A stretch of DNA of 64,000 nt from NCBI RefSeq assembly GCF_006345805.1, contig NC_043008.1, positions 620,001 through 684,000 of the forward strand. The letters run 5' to 3'. Shown here piece by piece: positions 53,031 to 64,000 of this stretch (position 1 is its first letter; each line of letters opens with the position of its first letter). The stretch comes from Octopus sinensis. Taxonomy: Eukaryota. The position numbers and the translations under genes are program-made. The notes below the pieces were generated by a model. That model did not search any database. It was not told the DNA's origin and was given only the letters and a program-made list of their open reading frames with translations.

Positions 53031-53579
53031 AACGACAACAACGACGGACCCCTCGTAGCGGCCCTTTTTTTTTTTTTACATCTTCCAGGCATATAGTCAA
53101 ACGAAACTTTCCCCACAACCCTCGTTTTTGAAAGGCTGGAATCCATATCGATCGGTTCAAAACTATCTCGATAAGCAGGAAAAAAAAAATTAGGAGCTTG
53201 AATACCTCTTCACTCTGCGGAGTCAGCTTGCAACTAACCATAACTGAATGATCGCTCTTTTATTAATTTAGCTTGATTAATAAACAAGATTACATTGGTG
53301 TTTCTATAAATACTCCCTCTCTTGCTCTTTCTCTCTGATTCTCTCTCTCTTGCTCGTTCTTTCTTTTTTTTTACATGTCTATTGTGTTCTTTTTCTTCTT
53401 TATTTTTTTCTTGCATTCCTTCCTATTAGCTTTTCATTAATTTTAGTCTGCTTCAAAGTAGAAAGATAATCACGCATCATTTCATTTCCAATTGCAAATA
53501 TGAATTGGCCATATAAATTGGCGCCCCCCCCCAAAAAAAAACAAAAAAGAAAGAGACTCAATTTACGAAGTAAGACATC

Positions 53580-54010
53580 ACATTGCAATCATCATCATCA
53601 TCATCATAAAAATCAGCAGCAGCATCTTCCACATCATCACATTGCAATCATCATCATCATCATCATCATCATCGACATACACGTGCTAGATGTCGTCGTT
53701 GTCGCCGTCATCGTCCTCCTCATGCTCCTCATCATCATTGTTATCTTCATCCTCTCCTCCCCTCCCATCCCCCTTCCTCCTACCTCTCCTCCTCCTCCCA
53801 CTCCCCTTCTTATCATAATGAACATCATCATCATACACGTGGTGGTTGTCGTCGTCTTCCTCCTCCACCTCACCATTTTTATCCTTATCATTTTTATCCT
53901 CCTCCTCCTCCTCCTTATCATCACCATCATCATACACGTAGTGGTTGTCGTCGTCATCATCATCGTCATCATCGTCGTCGTCGTCGTCATCGTCGTCATC
54001 GTCCATCAGC
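53580..54010. repeat. Compound trinucleotide tract (ATC/GTC/CTC)
   Basis: Directly visible. Confidence 0.9.
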
Positions 54011-54169
54011 ATCAAACATTTCGGATTCTCTCTGTTTTGCGTCATTGCCACGTTGTATAAGAAACCAATTTATTACCATTGTTGTTCGTCTCTGTTTGAT
54101 GTTGCCGCTAACATTAATAATGTCTACTGAGTTATTTTTAGTTTCCGGTAACATTAATAGCCCTTAAGT

Positions 54170-54340
54170 CACATAACTAACCCTGCACAGAACGCTGGAG
54201 TGGAAGGACCACCGACCGCATTGCCCGCCTGGCGGAGGGCTGTGAGCGCTTGACGGCACTCGAGGTGCCAAGCTCTCCTCCTCGGTCTACGCCTAATCCA
54301 GGATTGCAGCTCGGTCAAAGAGACGTGCTGTGGAAGATCG
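54170..54340 (-). pseudogene. Internal Tx1-like ORF2 fragment
   Basis: DLPQHVSLTELQSWIRRRPRRRAWHLECRQALTALRQAG..TPAFCAGLV is homologous to the ORF2 segment at about 28500-28670 (..RPRKGEWHRECRVALKQL..TKAFYRGLV). Confidence 0.78.
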
Positions 54341-54341
54341 C

Positions 54342-54389
<48 letters not shown>

Positions 54390-54437
54390 TAATAATAATA
54401 TAATAATAATAATGATGATGATGATGATAATAAAATG

Positions 54438-54489
<52 letters not shown>

Positions 54490-54671
54490 TAACAATATAA
54501 TAATAATAATAACGATGATGATAATGATAATGATAATAATAATATAATAATAATATAATAATAATAATATAACAATAACAATAATAATAATAATAATAAT
54601 GATGATGATGATGATGATGATAATAATAATGATAATAATATAATAATAATAATAATAATAATAATACAATA

Positions 54672-54755
<84 letters not shown>

Positions 54756-54780
54756 TAATAATAATATAATAATAATAAGA
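54341..54780. repeat. Degenerate (AAT)n array
   Basis: Directly visible. Confidence 0.95.
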
Positions 54781-55139
54781 GCAACAACTAATCAACTAAA
54801 ATATAGAGAATACAGAAGAGCATGAAAAGACAATATCTGGGTGAAAATAATCCGCCATTGAAGTTTCTTTCAATTTTATAACAGTTTCACTTCATACATG
54901 TTCGTAAGATCGTTGAGAAAGGCACGAACATCACACCATCGTAGTTCCATGTTCCGTCTCACTCAATAATAATAACAATAATAAAGAAGAAGAAGAAGAG
55001 GAGGAAGAAGAAGAAGAAGAAGAAGAAGAAGAAGAAGAAGAAGAAGAAGAAGAAGAAGAAGAAGAAGAAGAAGAAGAAGAAGAAGAAGAAGAAGAAGAAG
55101 AAGAAGAAGAAGAAGAAAAGAAGAAGAAGGGTGTGTACT

Positions 55140-55420
55140 AAACCTAAACAGGTCTAGAAACACTACATGGATAGCAAGTTTGCCCTGTTGATGCACGCGT
55201 AAGAGCCGGAAATGGTGTAAAAAATACAAACTACTAAAAGACGAAATTGTAAGATGTGGGCTATGATGAGAGTAACTGTTATCCCAGTAGTCGTAGGGTC
55301 AGTGAGTGCACCAACAATTAAGTTCAAGAAATACGTCGGTGAAATTGAAATCGATGTAAGGGCAGAGCGTGTCCAGAAAACTGCTCAATAGATTGGTGCA
55401 CGGGTGCTGAGTGTCTTCTA
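55140..55420 (+). pseudogene. Decayed R4/Dong-like endonuclease-domain fragment
   Basis: MWAMMRVTVIPVVVGSVSAPTIKFKKYVGEIEIDVRAERVQKTAQ*IGARVL, homologous to the C-terminus at 21130-21320. Confidence 0.7.
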
Positions 55421-55682
55421 CGATATTTAATATCCAAATGCCAAGTCTTATAATTTGCGGAAAGAGACCCTTCTGAGACCCCTGACTACAGAGATAAGAA
55501 GAGAGATAGAAAGGCATATAGGGTAAGAAAGGGGAGATGTAGTGTAAGAAGGGGAGAGAAAGACTGGGTGAAAAAGAGAGAGGGATAGAATTTGAGATAA
55601 GAAAGTAGAGGGAGAAGCTTAGTGCAGGAGTGAGAGTTAGGGAGTGTGGTACGGGCAGAGAAAGAGAGACATTGATAGGTAG

Positions 55683-55741
<59 letters not shown>

Positions 55742-55846
55742 AAGAGAAGTAATACAAGAATCAAAATGATGAGTGATGGAAGAGTGAGAGAGAGAGGGAG
55801 AGAGAGAGAAAGACAGAAAGAAAGAAAGAGTATTTGAAAGAAGAGA

Positions 55847-56235
55847 GTTAAGTTAAGTTAATTTTTTGGCCCAAAAAGCGAAAAGCAAGGCCATGTAGGG
55901 GGACATGGAGTTATGTACAGGGTGGTGATCATGTAAAGAGTTCAGGCCACTTGTGGTCAAGGGAGACTTTGAACCGAGCGGTCGTCGGCATCTTCACTAT
56001 CTCGTCCGGCAGCTTATTCCACGGATCTGCAACCCGGACGGAGAAAGCCCCTCTCCTTCGATTGAGATGAAATCGTCGCAGATAGGGCTTTTCGGAGTGA
56101 CCCCCGCAGCCTGGAAAAGGAGTGAAGAACAGCTCTTTCGAGAGGTTACACTTTCCGCTTATGATGTTGTGAGCGAGAATGAGATCACCACGGCGTCGTC
56201 GTTTCTCGAGAGAATAAAGAGAATAAAGAGTTGAG
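55847..56235 (-). mobile_element. CR1-type LINE 3' fragment with (TTAAC)3 tail
   Basis: LYSLEKRRRRGDLILAHNIISG..GHSEKPYLRRFHLNRRRGAFSVRVADPWNKLPDEIV..FKVSLD; (GTTAA)3 at 55847-55861. Confidence 0.88.
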
Positions 56236-56449
56236 AGAGAGAATGCAAAGAATGAGAAGACGAGTGAGCAATAGAATAGGAGTGGGTGGGAGAGAGAGAG
56301 GGAGGTTGAGTGAGAGGCAGAGGGAACATAGTGAAAGAGAAGAAGGTTAGAATATGGAGCGTGTTGCAACATTGTCACAAAACCTATTCCAATCGGAGGA
56401 TTCACTATTCAACGCTTTCCCAAAGTGGTTGGCCTTCAACTTGGTTCTG

Positions 56450-56542
56450 AATAGCTTTAATACTACTACTACACCTCAGTATAAACATTACCACGGCAAC
56501 CACCACCACCACCACCACCGCCGCCGCAATCACCATTACTAT

Positions 56543-56596
<54 letters not shown>

Positions 56597-57010
56597 CACA
56601 AGTAACACCACGATCACAAGAACAGCAATAACAACAAAAGCAACAATAATATCACTATCATTAGCATCACCCTCCCCCTCAACCACAAATACCATCCCTC
56701 CCACACACATTCGTACTACTACCACCACGACCACCATAACTACCACTGCCATCACCACCACAACCATCACTTCCACCCCCACCACAACCACGATCTTAAC
56801 CACCACCACCAGTGACATAAAGGCCACCACCACCACCAACACTACTACCATCATTGCCATCACCACTACCACTACTGCTTCTACCACTCTCACCGCCACT
56901 CTTACAGTCACCACCACGATCATCACCATCACCGCCATCCCCACAACCAACTTCACAATCATCATCCTTCACCTCCTCCTCCTCTTACTACTACTACTAC
57001 TACTACTACG
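56450..57010. repeat. Compound trinucleotide tract (ACT/ACC/ATC)
   Basis: Directly visible. Confidence 0.9.
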
Positions 57011-57459
57011 TTACAGTCTCTCATTTCCGAGAGGAAAAGATGTTAGATTGATCCAGAATTGCTATGAGAAATCTGTGCCTGAATGGTGAGGGGGGGGGGG
57101 ATGACGACAGTAGAGAGGGAGAGAGGGAGGGGAAACGGAAAGAGAGAGAGAGAGAGAGCGCTTGAGGAGGGTGAGAGACGAGTGGGAAAGGGAGGGGGAG
57201 AATGAGTTGACAGAAGAGAAGACGAAACTTGAATAACAGACGGAAGCGGAAGTGGAAACGAAAGGTAAACCCCCATCCCCTCCCCCCGACAAGATTAAAT
57301 AAAAAAGAAATAGTTGATTAAAAATTACAAAAGTCATACACATTTATATGTATGTATTTTTGTATATATTTATATGTATATACATGTATGGATGATGTAT
57401 GTATATATTATGTAATTAGTATATATTTATTTCTGTATGTATGTGTGCATGTATTTAAT

Positions 57460-57496
<37 letters not shown>

Positions 57497-58980
57497 ATTA
57501 TGTATGTATATAGATAGGTATTATGTACACATCAATGTAATCAATGTATATATCGAAGTATATGTCTATATGGGGATGTATGTGTGCGTGTGTTTCTATT
57601 GTTTTATCTACGAGAGAAAAAGTACTCAATACATGGTGTATCCTTTATGTATTTATTCATTCATTCTTTCATTCAGTTATCGTTCTTTCATTTACTTCAC
57701 ATAATCCAAAGACGAAGTGTCACGTGATCTTAGCTGTAATTAAAGGTGTTGAACGAGAGACGCCAAATAGAGAACCAAAAGGTACACCGCATACATTGTG
57801 TGTGTACGTGTGTGTGTGGTGTGTGTGTGCGTTTGTTCGTTTTTAGCAACGGAGGCAATTTTAGTTGAAATTAGCAATGTGTGTATCATACTTAATAGAT
57901 ACAATATGAAGGATTCTAGAGAGAATCGGGCACTTAAATGGTATGCACGCGGTTGGGTTGATTTAACCTGCAAGCAACACCCTTCTGGGTACTGTAATAA
58001 TCTAGAGAGATGCTTAGGCTGAGCACACAGAGAAAACCCGCCGCTACGATAATTAACCTTTAGGGGCTGGCCCCTTTTTGCACGCTGTGTTGATCACACG
58101 GTGTTTGATATACTCTAGGAAGTCCGACAGGTCGGGAATCCCTTTGGTGTATTATTAGCAAAAAAAAAAAAATAACAGACGATGGATGAATCGTCTGTTA
58201 TTTTTTCTTTGTTATAAGTAAGAGATATATTGTTGAAAGCCATCAAAACAGCGGTATTTCTCTTGAGAACTGCCTTCCAAGATGAATATCTCAGTGTTGA
58301 AGGCTTTCAGTAATGAATATGTATTTCTATGTATGACTAGCTGACTATTCTGCCGTTGCCGAGCAATTTTTCGAATAAAAGGCCCTTTTTTCAGATTGTT
58401 TTATTTTAAAAAATTTTTTGTTGTTGTTCTATATCAGATTATTCCTTCTCCGACGGATAGGTCTCTTGATCGAGACAGATTCTTGCACTAGTTGGGCTAT
58501 TCATTATGTATCGATCATCTAAATTTTTGTTTTTCTATTCGGTGTATAGATGTAAAGCTCACTGTTTTGCCTCTCGTCCTAATGAATATATCACACACAT
58601 GCACACACACAACACACACACACACACATACATAAATATACACACACACACACTCACGCACATACAGTGAAAAAGAGAGTGTGGTAAATATACATAGAGA
58701 TGGGAAGTTTACAATGAGAAAAGCGTAAATGAAAGAACTAGACAAATAAAGAGAGAGAGAGAGAGAGAGTGGTGGGGAGAGATTTTCTGCTGCTGTCACA
58801 GATTTTTGTAATTTTAAAGTTCAAATTTGGTCTATTGACCTACGACTTCAGGCTGAATCGGATTTTGCAACTCATTTATGCCAAGAAACTTAGAAAAATG
58901 CTAGAAACGTTCAAAATTTGATCATTTTTACCGAATGAGGTAACAAGATTTGGAAGCTAGCATTTTCTGTGTGATGAACT

Positions 58981-59376
58981 ATAAGAACAAGGCCTGAAAT
59001 TTTGGGGTGAGGGAATGAGTCGATTATATCGACCCCAGTGCGTAACTGGTTCTTAGTTTATCAACCCCAAAAGGGATGAAAAGCAAAGTCGACCACGGCG
59101 GCATTTGAACTCAGAACATGAGACAAACGAAATACTTATTTCTATTTCTTTATAACCCACAAGGGGCTAAACACAGAGGGGACAAACAAGGACAGACAAA
59201 CGGATTAAGTCGATTACATCGACCCCAGTGCGTAACTGGTACTTAATTTATCGACCCTGAATGAATGAAAAGCAAAGTCGACCTCGGCGGAATTTGAACT
59301 CAGAACGTAACGGCAGACGAAATACAGCTACGCATTTCGCCTGGCGTTCAAACATTTCTGTCAGCTCACCGCTTTC
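58981..59376 (-). mobile_element. Composite SINE family A: head-core-tail1 joined to core-tail2
   Basis: Two cores (GACCCCAGTGCGTAACTGGT at about 59030 and 59220) in the same orientation with different tails. Confidence 0.85.
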
Positions 59377-60556
59377 AGAAATCCATCTTAATAATAGTCT
59401 GAACTCCATTGGAGTTTTTGTTTTCTAATTAGAGGGGAGTGGTTAAGCTCAGTTATTAAAACCCTACAGTGTGTTTTGTGTGCAAAACACGCCTTTGAGG
59501 TACATTCCATCTGCTCTATTGTTCATAATAATGAGCTTCCGGCGTAGAGTGGAATATTATTCATGTATCAAAACAGACAAACAAAAGAATGATGTTTTTA
59601 AGCAAGCTAAGATGCCTACAGGAATATTCCTGATAGAAATGGAGGTTGGATAGTTGAAGATGAAGTGGGAAATAAGAAGAAATAAATGAATATAGTTTTT
59701 TTATGTCAAACATATTAAAATGAACAATGGTATTCACTGGAAAAAGAAAACATAAAGCAATGCTTCATGGAACAATAAAATGAAGTTTTTCTTAAGAAAT
59801 TTTTACAAGAAAATATTTGAAATGAAAACAAATTAATCTAAAAGGGTTTTGGAAATTTAAAAATGAATAAATAAATAAATAGATAAAAAGATGTTTTTAA
59901 ATCGAGTATAAAAGTTTGAAGTATTAACAATAGCGATGATTTTGAAATATTAATGAAACGAAAAGAATTATATGAAATATAGAAAAACACGAAAGTAAAC
60001 ACAAATTATTGCTACCTGAAAAAAAAAAAAAAAAAACGAAACAAAAACACCTTTTGTTTGGCCAAGTAATGAATAAATTTATATACTGTTATTAATTCAT
60101 AAAGGAGCGAATCGGCAGAGACGTTAGAACGCAGATTAGAATACCTTGTGTATTTGTTCTGGTTCTCTGCACTCCAAGTTCAACTGACATCGAAGTCGAT
60201 GTTACACCCTATTCACTTCCATCGTAAAGTTTCAATTAAAATGGAAGTCCAGATTCCAGAAAGGATCATTGAAAACGCAGCATCGGTAATCGTTCTCGCC
60301 TTCTTAATGCCATCTAGAGTATACTTGACTATATTACTACTTCAAAATGTAATTATAGCTCCGCCACAACAACAAAACAATCCCTTTTCTTGAACCCTGC
60401 ATGTTTTAACCTCAAGGCTACTTCGAACCCGAAGTTTTTTCTTCGTGCATTATTCTGGAAGAACTTTGAATTTTGGGGCAAATTTTAGAAAAGTTTGTTT
60501 AGCAGCGAGACGGACATCGGCGCTCATAGATATGAACATGCACGCAAGCATATACC

Positions 60557-60706
60557 TTATTTCTTTATTGCCCACAAGGGGCTAAACATAGAGAGGACAA
60601 ACAAGGACAGACACAGGTATTAAGTCGATTACATCGACCCCAGTGCGTAACTAGTACTTAATTTATCGACCCCGAAAGAATGAAAGCAAAGTCGATCTCG
60701 GTGAAA
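60557..60706 (-). mobile_element. SINE family A 3' part (tail type 1)
   Basis: Reverse-complement core and tail. Confidence 0.85.
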
Positions 60707-61170
60707 TACGCACGCATACATCTGTATATTTAATTGAATGTATGTATGAATATATATACATATTCATATATACATTGCATGTTTGTCTGCATTACACCCA
60801 CGCATGCAGACATGTTACGTATATGTATAATAAAAAAAATGAATATATGCATGGCTCTGCATGTAAATGAGATCTCGTAACTCTGTTAAATGAGCAAATT
60901 TTCGACCGCTCACACAGACTCTCATACACCTACGTCTACACATTTGCATATGTCAAACGCTGTGCGCTTTGTAGCGCGACCTTTTAAATCATGTCACTTC
61001 ACGTCCGTTTACAATTTTGTCTTAATTACCCGGAATTCCTGCCCAGCCTTGACCCTCCCCCCGAATCTATGCCAATCCAGCTTCTGTTTCCATGTGATTC
61101 TAATATAAAATAAACGCAGTAACATGCTGAGATATGTTGGTATATTCTTTCACGCATAAACCTGTGTATA

Positions 61171-61380
61171 GGCGAGCTGGCAGAAACGTTAGCACGCTGG
61201 GCGAAATGCTTAGCAGTATTTCGTCTGGCTTTGCGTTCTGAGTTCAAATTCCGCCGGGGTCGACTATGCCTTTCATCCTTACTGGGTCGATAAATTAAGT
61301 ACCAGTTGCATACTGGGGTCGATCTGATCGACTGCAATCCTCCTCTAAAATTCGGGCCTTGTGCCTAGAGTAGAAAAGAA
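61171..61380 (+). mobile_element. tRNA-derived SINE (family A, tail type 2)
   Basis: Head, B-box, core and tail as at 15374 and 23912. Confidence 0.9.
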
Positions 61381-62769
61381 TATATTGTAAGGCGGCGATC
61401 TGGTGGAGTCGTTACGACATCGGACAAAATTTCTTGTTCTGTTTTCTCGTTCCTTTTGCGTTATAGGTTCAAATCGCACCGCGGCATATTTGAATGGTTG
61501 ATTTAATCCAATTTTATCTCAGAACCTGGTCTTTGCTTTCATTTAGAGATGTCAACTGTGCTGCAAACCTTCAGTTTATGTTCTCAGTGGCGTAACTCGA
61601 TTGTGTGCCGCTGTGGGAATCCCTTGCGTTCGCCGTACCACACTTATAAAGGCATATACAATAGATTCAATAAATGATGTAATCGTAGATGATTAAACCT
61701 AAAATCGATACATTTCTATTTTAAAACTACATATGGTATCTTCTTCGTTTCTCTGTAATCAAATTTAAGATAACCACAGAATTGATTGCACTGAGATCGA
61801 TAGAAGATTCACTAGTTATAATCCATTCTATGTGATACAACAAATGCTTATACTTGAAACAGTTACTAACAAATCAAAGCTTTGTTGTTTAATCCCCGAT
61901 TTGGCTTTGGAGAAGATTTATGATCAAACATATCATATGATCAAATTTATGGTCAAATACAGTACAACCATTTCATTTTTGAAGTATTTAAGAACACGCT
62001 ATCTAACGTGCACTTTTTATAGTTTAAGAATGCACTGGGTTTTCAGGGAGCGATTTGGCTGTTATTTCTAGCAGAAGGAGAGATCACCTAGCGCTACAGT
62101 TTTATTATTTTTTTGTACCTCTCCCCTGTTCCTGTTTCCCATTATGTTTTCAACCCACGTATTGTCAGAAAAATGTACTCTTGTATACACCACAATCTAT
62201 TGTCCAACATTAGCAGCTTTGTATTACATTAATATTAGAATGTTTAAAATCAGCATTAAGGGGAAAAAATCTAGCAAAAATATAATTTAACTTCCTAAAA
62301 ACAGTTTCCTATTTTCAACCTCAAATTTCCTCTTAGATACTTCAAATTCACTCAGGGGTTATAATTAAGAACTTAAAAGACAGGAGAACTTTTGTGAGCT
62401 CTTTTGGCGAAACCTAACAATCATATTAGAAAGCTGTTGATGTAAGACCGCTTCCGCAACCCACTCGCCATCACAAATTCCCGCAATTATTAGATATTTC
62501 TTCTAATGTGTTGCTTCATTTGTTACTCATGCTAAAGTTATTTCTTACTCTTCCGTCTGTTCCTTTATAAACTAGTCATTGTCAACCTCGAGCCACACAC
62601 CTACCTGTGCAGGTAATAGCACTTTAACGCCCTGCTTTTGTCATTCAGACGCGAATCTCGTCCATGCGGAACTTCCTTATTTCCGACCAGAGTTAGTAAC
62701 ACGGATACGAAAGTTTTAAAGATAGTACACAATTAAATAGGCATAGGGATGGCTAAATGATTAAGAAAC

Positions 62770-62843
62770 TCAATTTGCTACCACAAGGCTGACCAATGCG
62801 TTTTGAGTGAATTTGGTGAAGGGAAACTGTGTGGAAGCCGGTC

Positions 62844-62883
<40 letters not shown>

Positions 62884-63065
62884 ATATATTCTTTTATTCT
62901 TTTATTTGTTTCATTCATTTGACTGCGGCTATGTTGGAGCACCGCCTTTAGTCGAACAAATCGACCCCAGGACATATTCTTTGTAAGCCTAGTACTTATT
63001 CTATCGAGTCGTCTAAGTTACAGGGAAGTAAATACACCAACATCGGTTATCAAGCAATGGTGGGG
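62770..63065 (-). mobile_element. tRNA-derived SINE (family B), rearranged or decayed
   Basis: Matches the family B tail and core segments. Confidence 0.75.
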
Positions 63066-63113
63066 GTACAACAACTACTCCTACTACGGAGTAAAGATTG
63101 TTTGCCAACATAA

Positions 63114-63279
63114 CATGGCAGTCCTGGTTTAGGACGAATGTTGCTGTAATTTAGCCCCAGGAGACATCGTCTCCAGCTGGCTATACGACACGATCTGTGT
63201 CCTTATATTTTCGATCGAGGGAACGATGTCTCCTGGGGCTAAATTACTGCAACATTCGTCCTAAACCAGGACTTCCATG
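63114..63279. repeat. Inverted repeat with 57-bp arms (2 mismatches) and 52-bp spacer
   Basis: 63114-63170 vs 63223-63279. Confidence 0.92.
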
Positions 63280-63480
63280 ACTGTCTGTCTATCTATCTGC
63301 TTATCTGTCTGTCTGTCTATCTATCTGTCTGTATGTCTGTCTATATGTCTCTCTGCCAATATATCTATCTGTCTGTTTGTCTGTCAGTCTACCAATTTAT
63401 CGATCTATCCGTCGATCGAACAATGATTTATGGCAAATAATTCAGCCTATTATTTCTTCATACATTCTCTTTTGTGTTAG

Positions 63481-63625
63481 CTCTCTCTCTCCCTCCCTCT
63501 CATTCGTTTTCTTACTCTCTCTCCCTACCTCTCTCTCATTCGTTTTCTTATTCTCTCTCCCTCCCTCTCTCTCATTCGTTTTCTTACTCTCTCTCTCTCC
63601 CTATCTCTCATTCGTTTTCTTACCC
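63481..63625. repeat. 36-bp minisatellite, 4 copies
   Basis: CATTCGTTTTCTTA starts at 63501, 63537, 63573 and 63609. Confidence 0.9.
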
Positions 63626-63851
63626 TCTCACACACATATACCCATGTGCGCACCCGCACACACGCACACAACTACAGCCTCTCATACTAATCCCATCACA
63701 TGTCCTGCACCATTTCCCCTCTTCATTCCGGTATTTTTCCCCAGGGTTGTTATGCAACAGATTCCGCACCCGCGAGATGTTTGGATGAATACCATATTTA
63801 TAATACATTAGAGAGAAATGAGCACAAACGGAAAGGAAATGAAGCGAAAGG

Positions 63852-63914
<63 letters not shown>

Positions 63915-64000
63915 GCATACATCCGCACAGAGACACGCACACACATGAACAAACTGGCGTAACTATCCTCGTACATACAATCTTACATACATACATAAGT

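Noticed and set aside
53500-54795. Acidic (poly-Asp/Glu) and poly-Ile/Leu/Tyr ORFs
   Set aside because: Trinucleotide tracts; the only complex part is the Tx1 fragment at 54170-54340.
61586-61660. CAGTGGCGTAAC, resembling a hAT-type terminal inverted repeat (similarly CAGAAGTTTTCAAACTTTTT at ~7978)
   Set aside because: No matching partner end or target-site duplication was found.
63481-63625. Regularly spaced repeats resembling a CRISPR array
   Set aside because: The spacers are near-identical CT-rich sequence, the context is eukaryotic, and there are no cas genes; it is a minisatellite.

Overview
This is a repeat-saturated animal genomic window. I infer a cephalopod (octopus-like) origin from the microsatellite load and SINE families; that comes from recollection, not a search. 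No host protein-coding gene can be supported, and almost all ORFs in the track are microsatellite read-throughs or retroelement fragments. The window holds: a near full-length Tx1/L1-clade LINE (27493-33567, minus) with (GATA)n at both ends; a 5'-truncated CR1-type LINE (9325-13010, minus); fragments of R4/Dong-, CRE-, RTE-, CR1- and Tx1-type LINEs; many copies of two tRNA-derived SINE families; a Helitron-like end; and one 100-N gap. The most notable observations are: (i) a ~3.6-kb near-perfect palindrome (34584-38199) with a hammerhead-ribozyme motif at each outer end; (ii) an independent, well-formed type I hammerhead at 44567-44660 plus several decayed ones, all in Penelope-like terminal contexts; (iii) different LINE clades each sitting in a different microsatellite (Tx1 in GATA, R4-like in TATG); and (iv) an RTE fragment flanked by a direct repeat of at least 102 bp. 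All alignments and translations were done by eye, and boundaries of decayed repeats are approximate.
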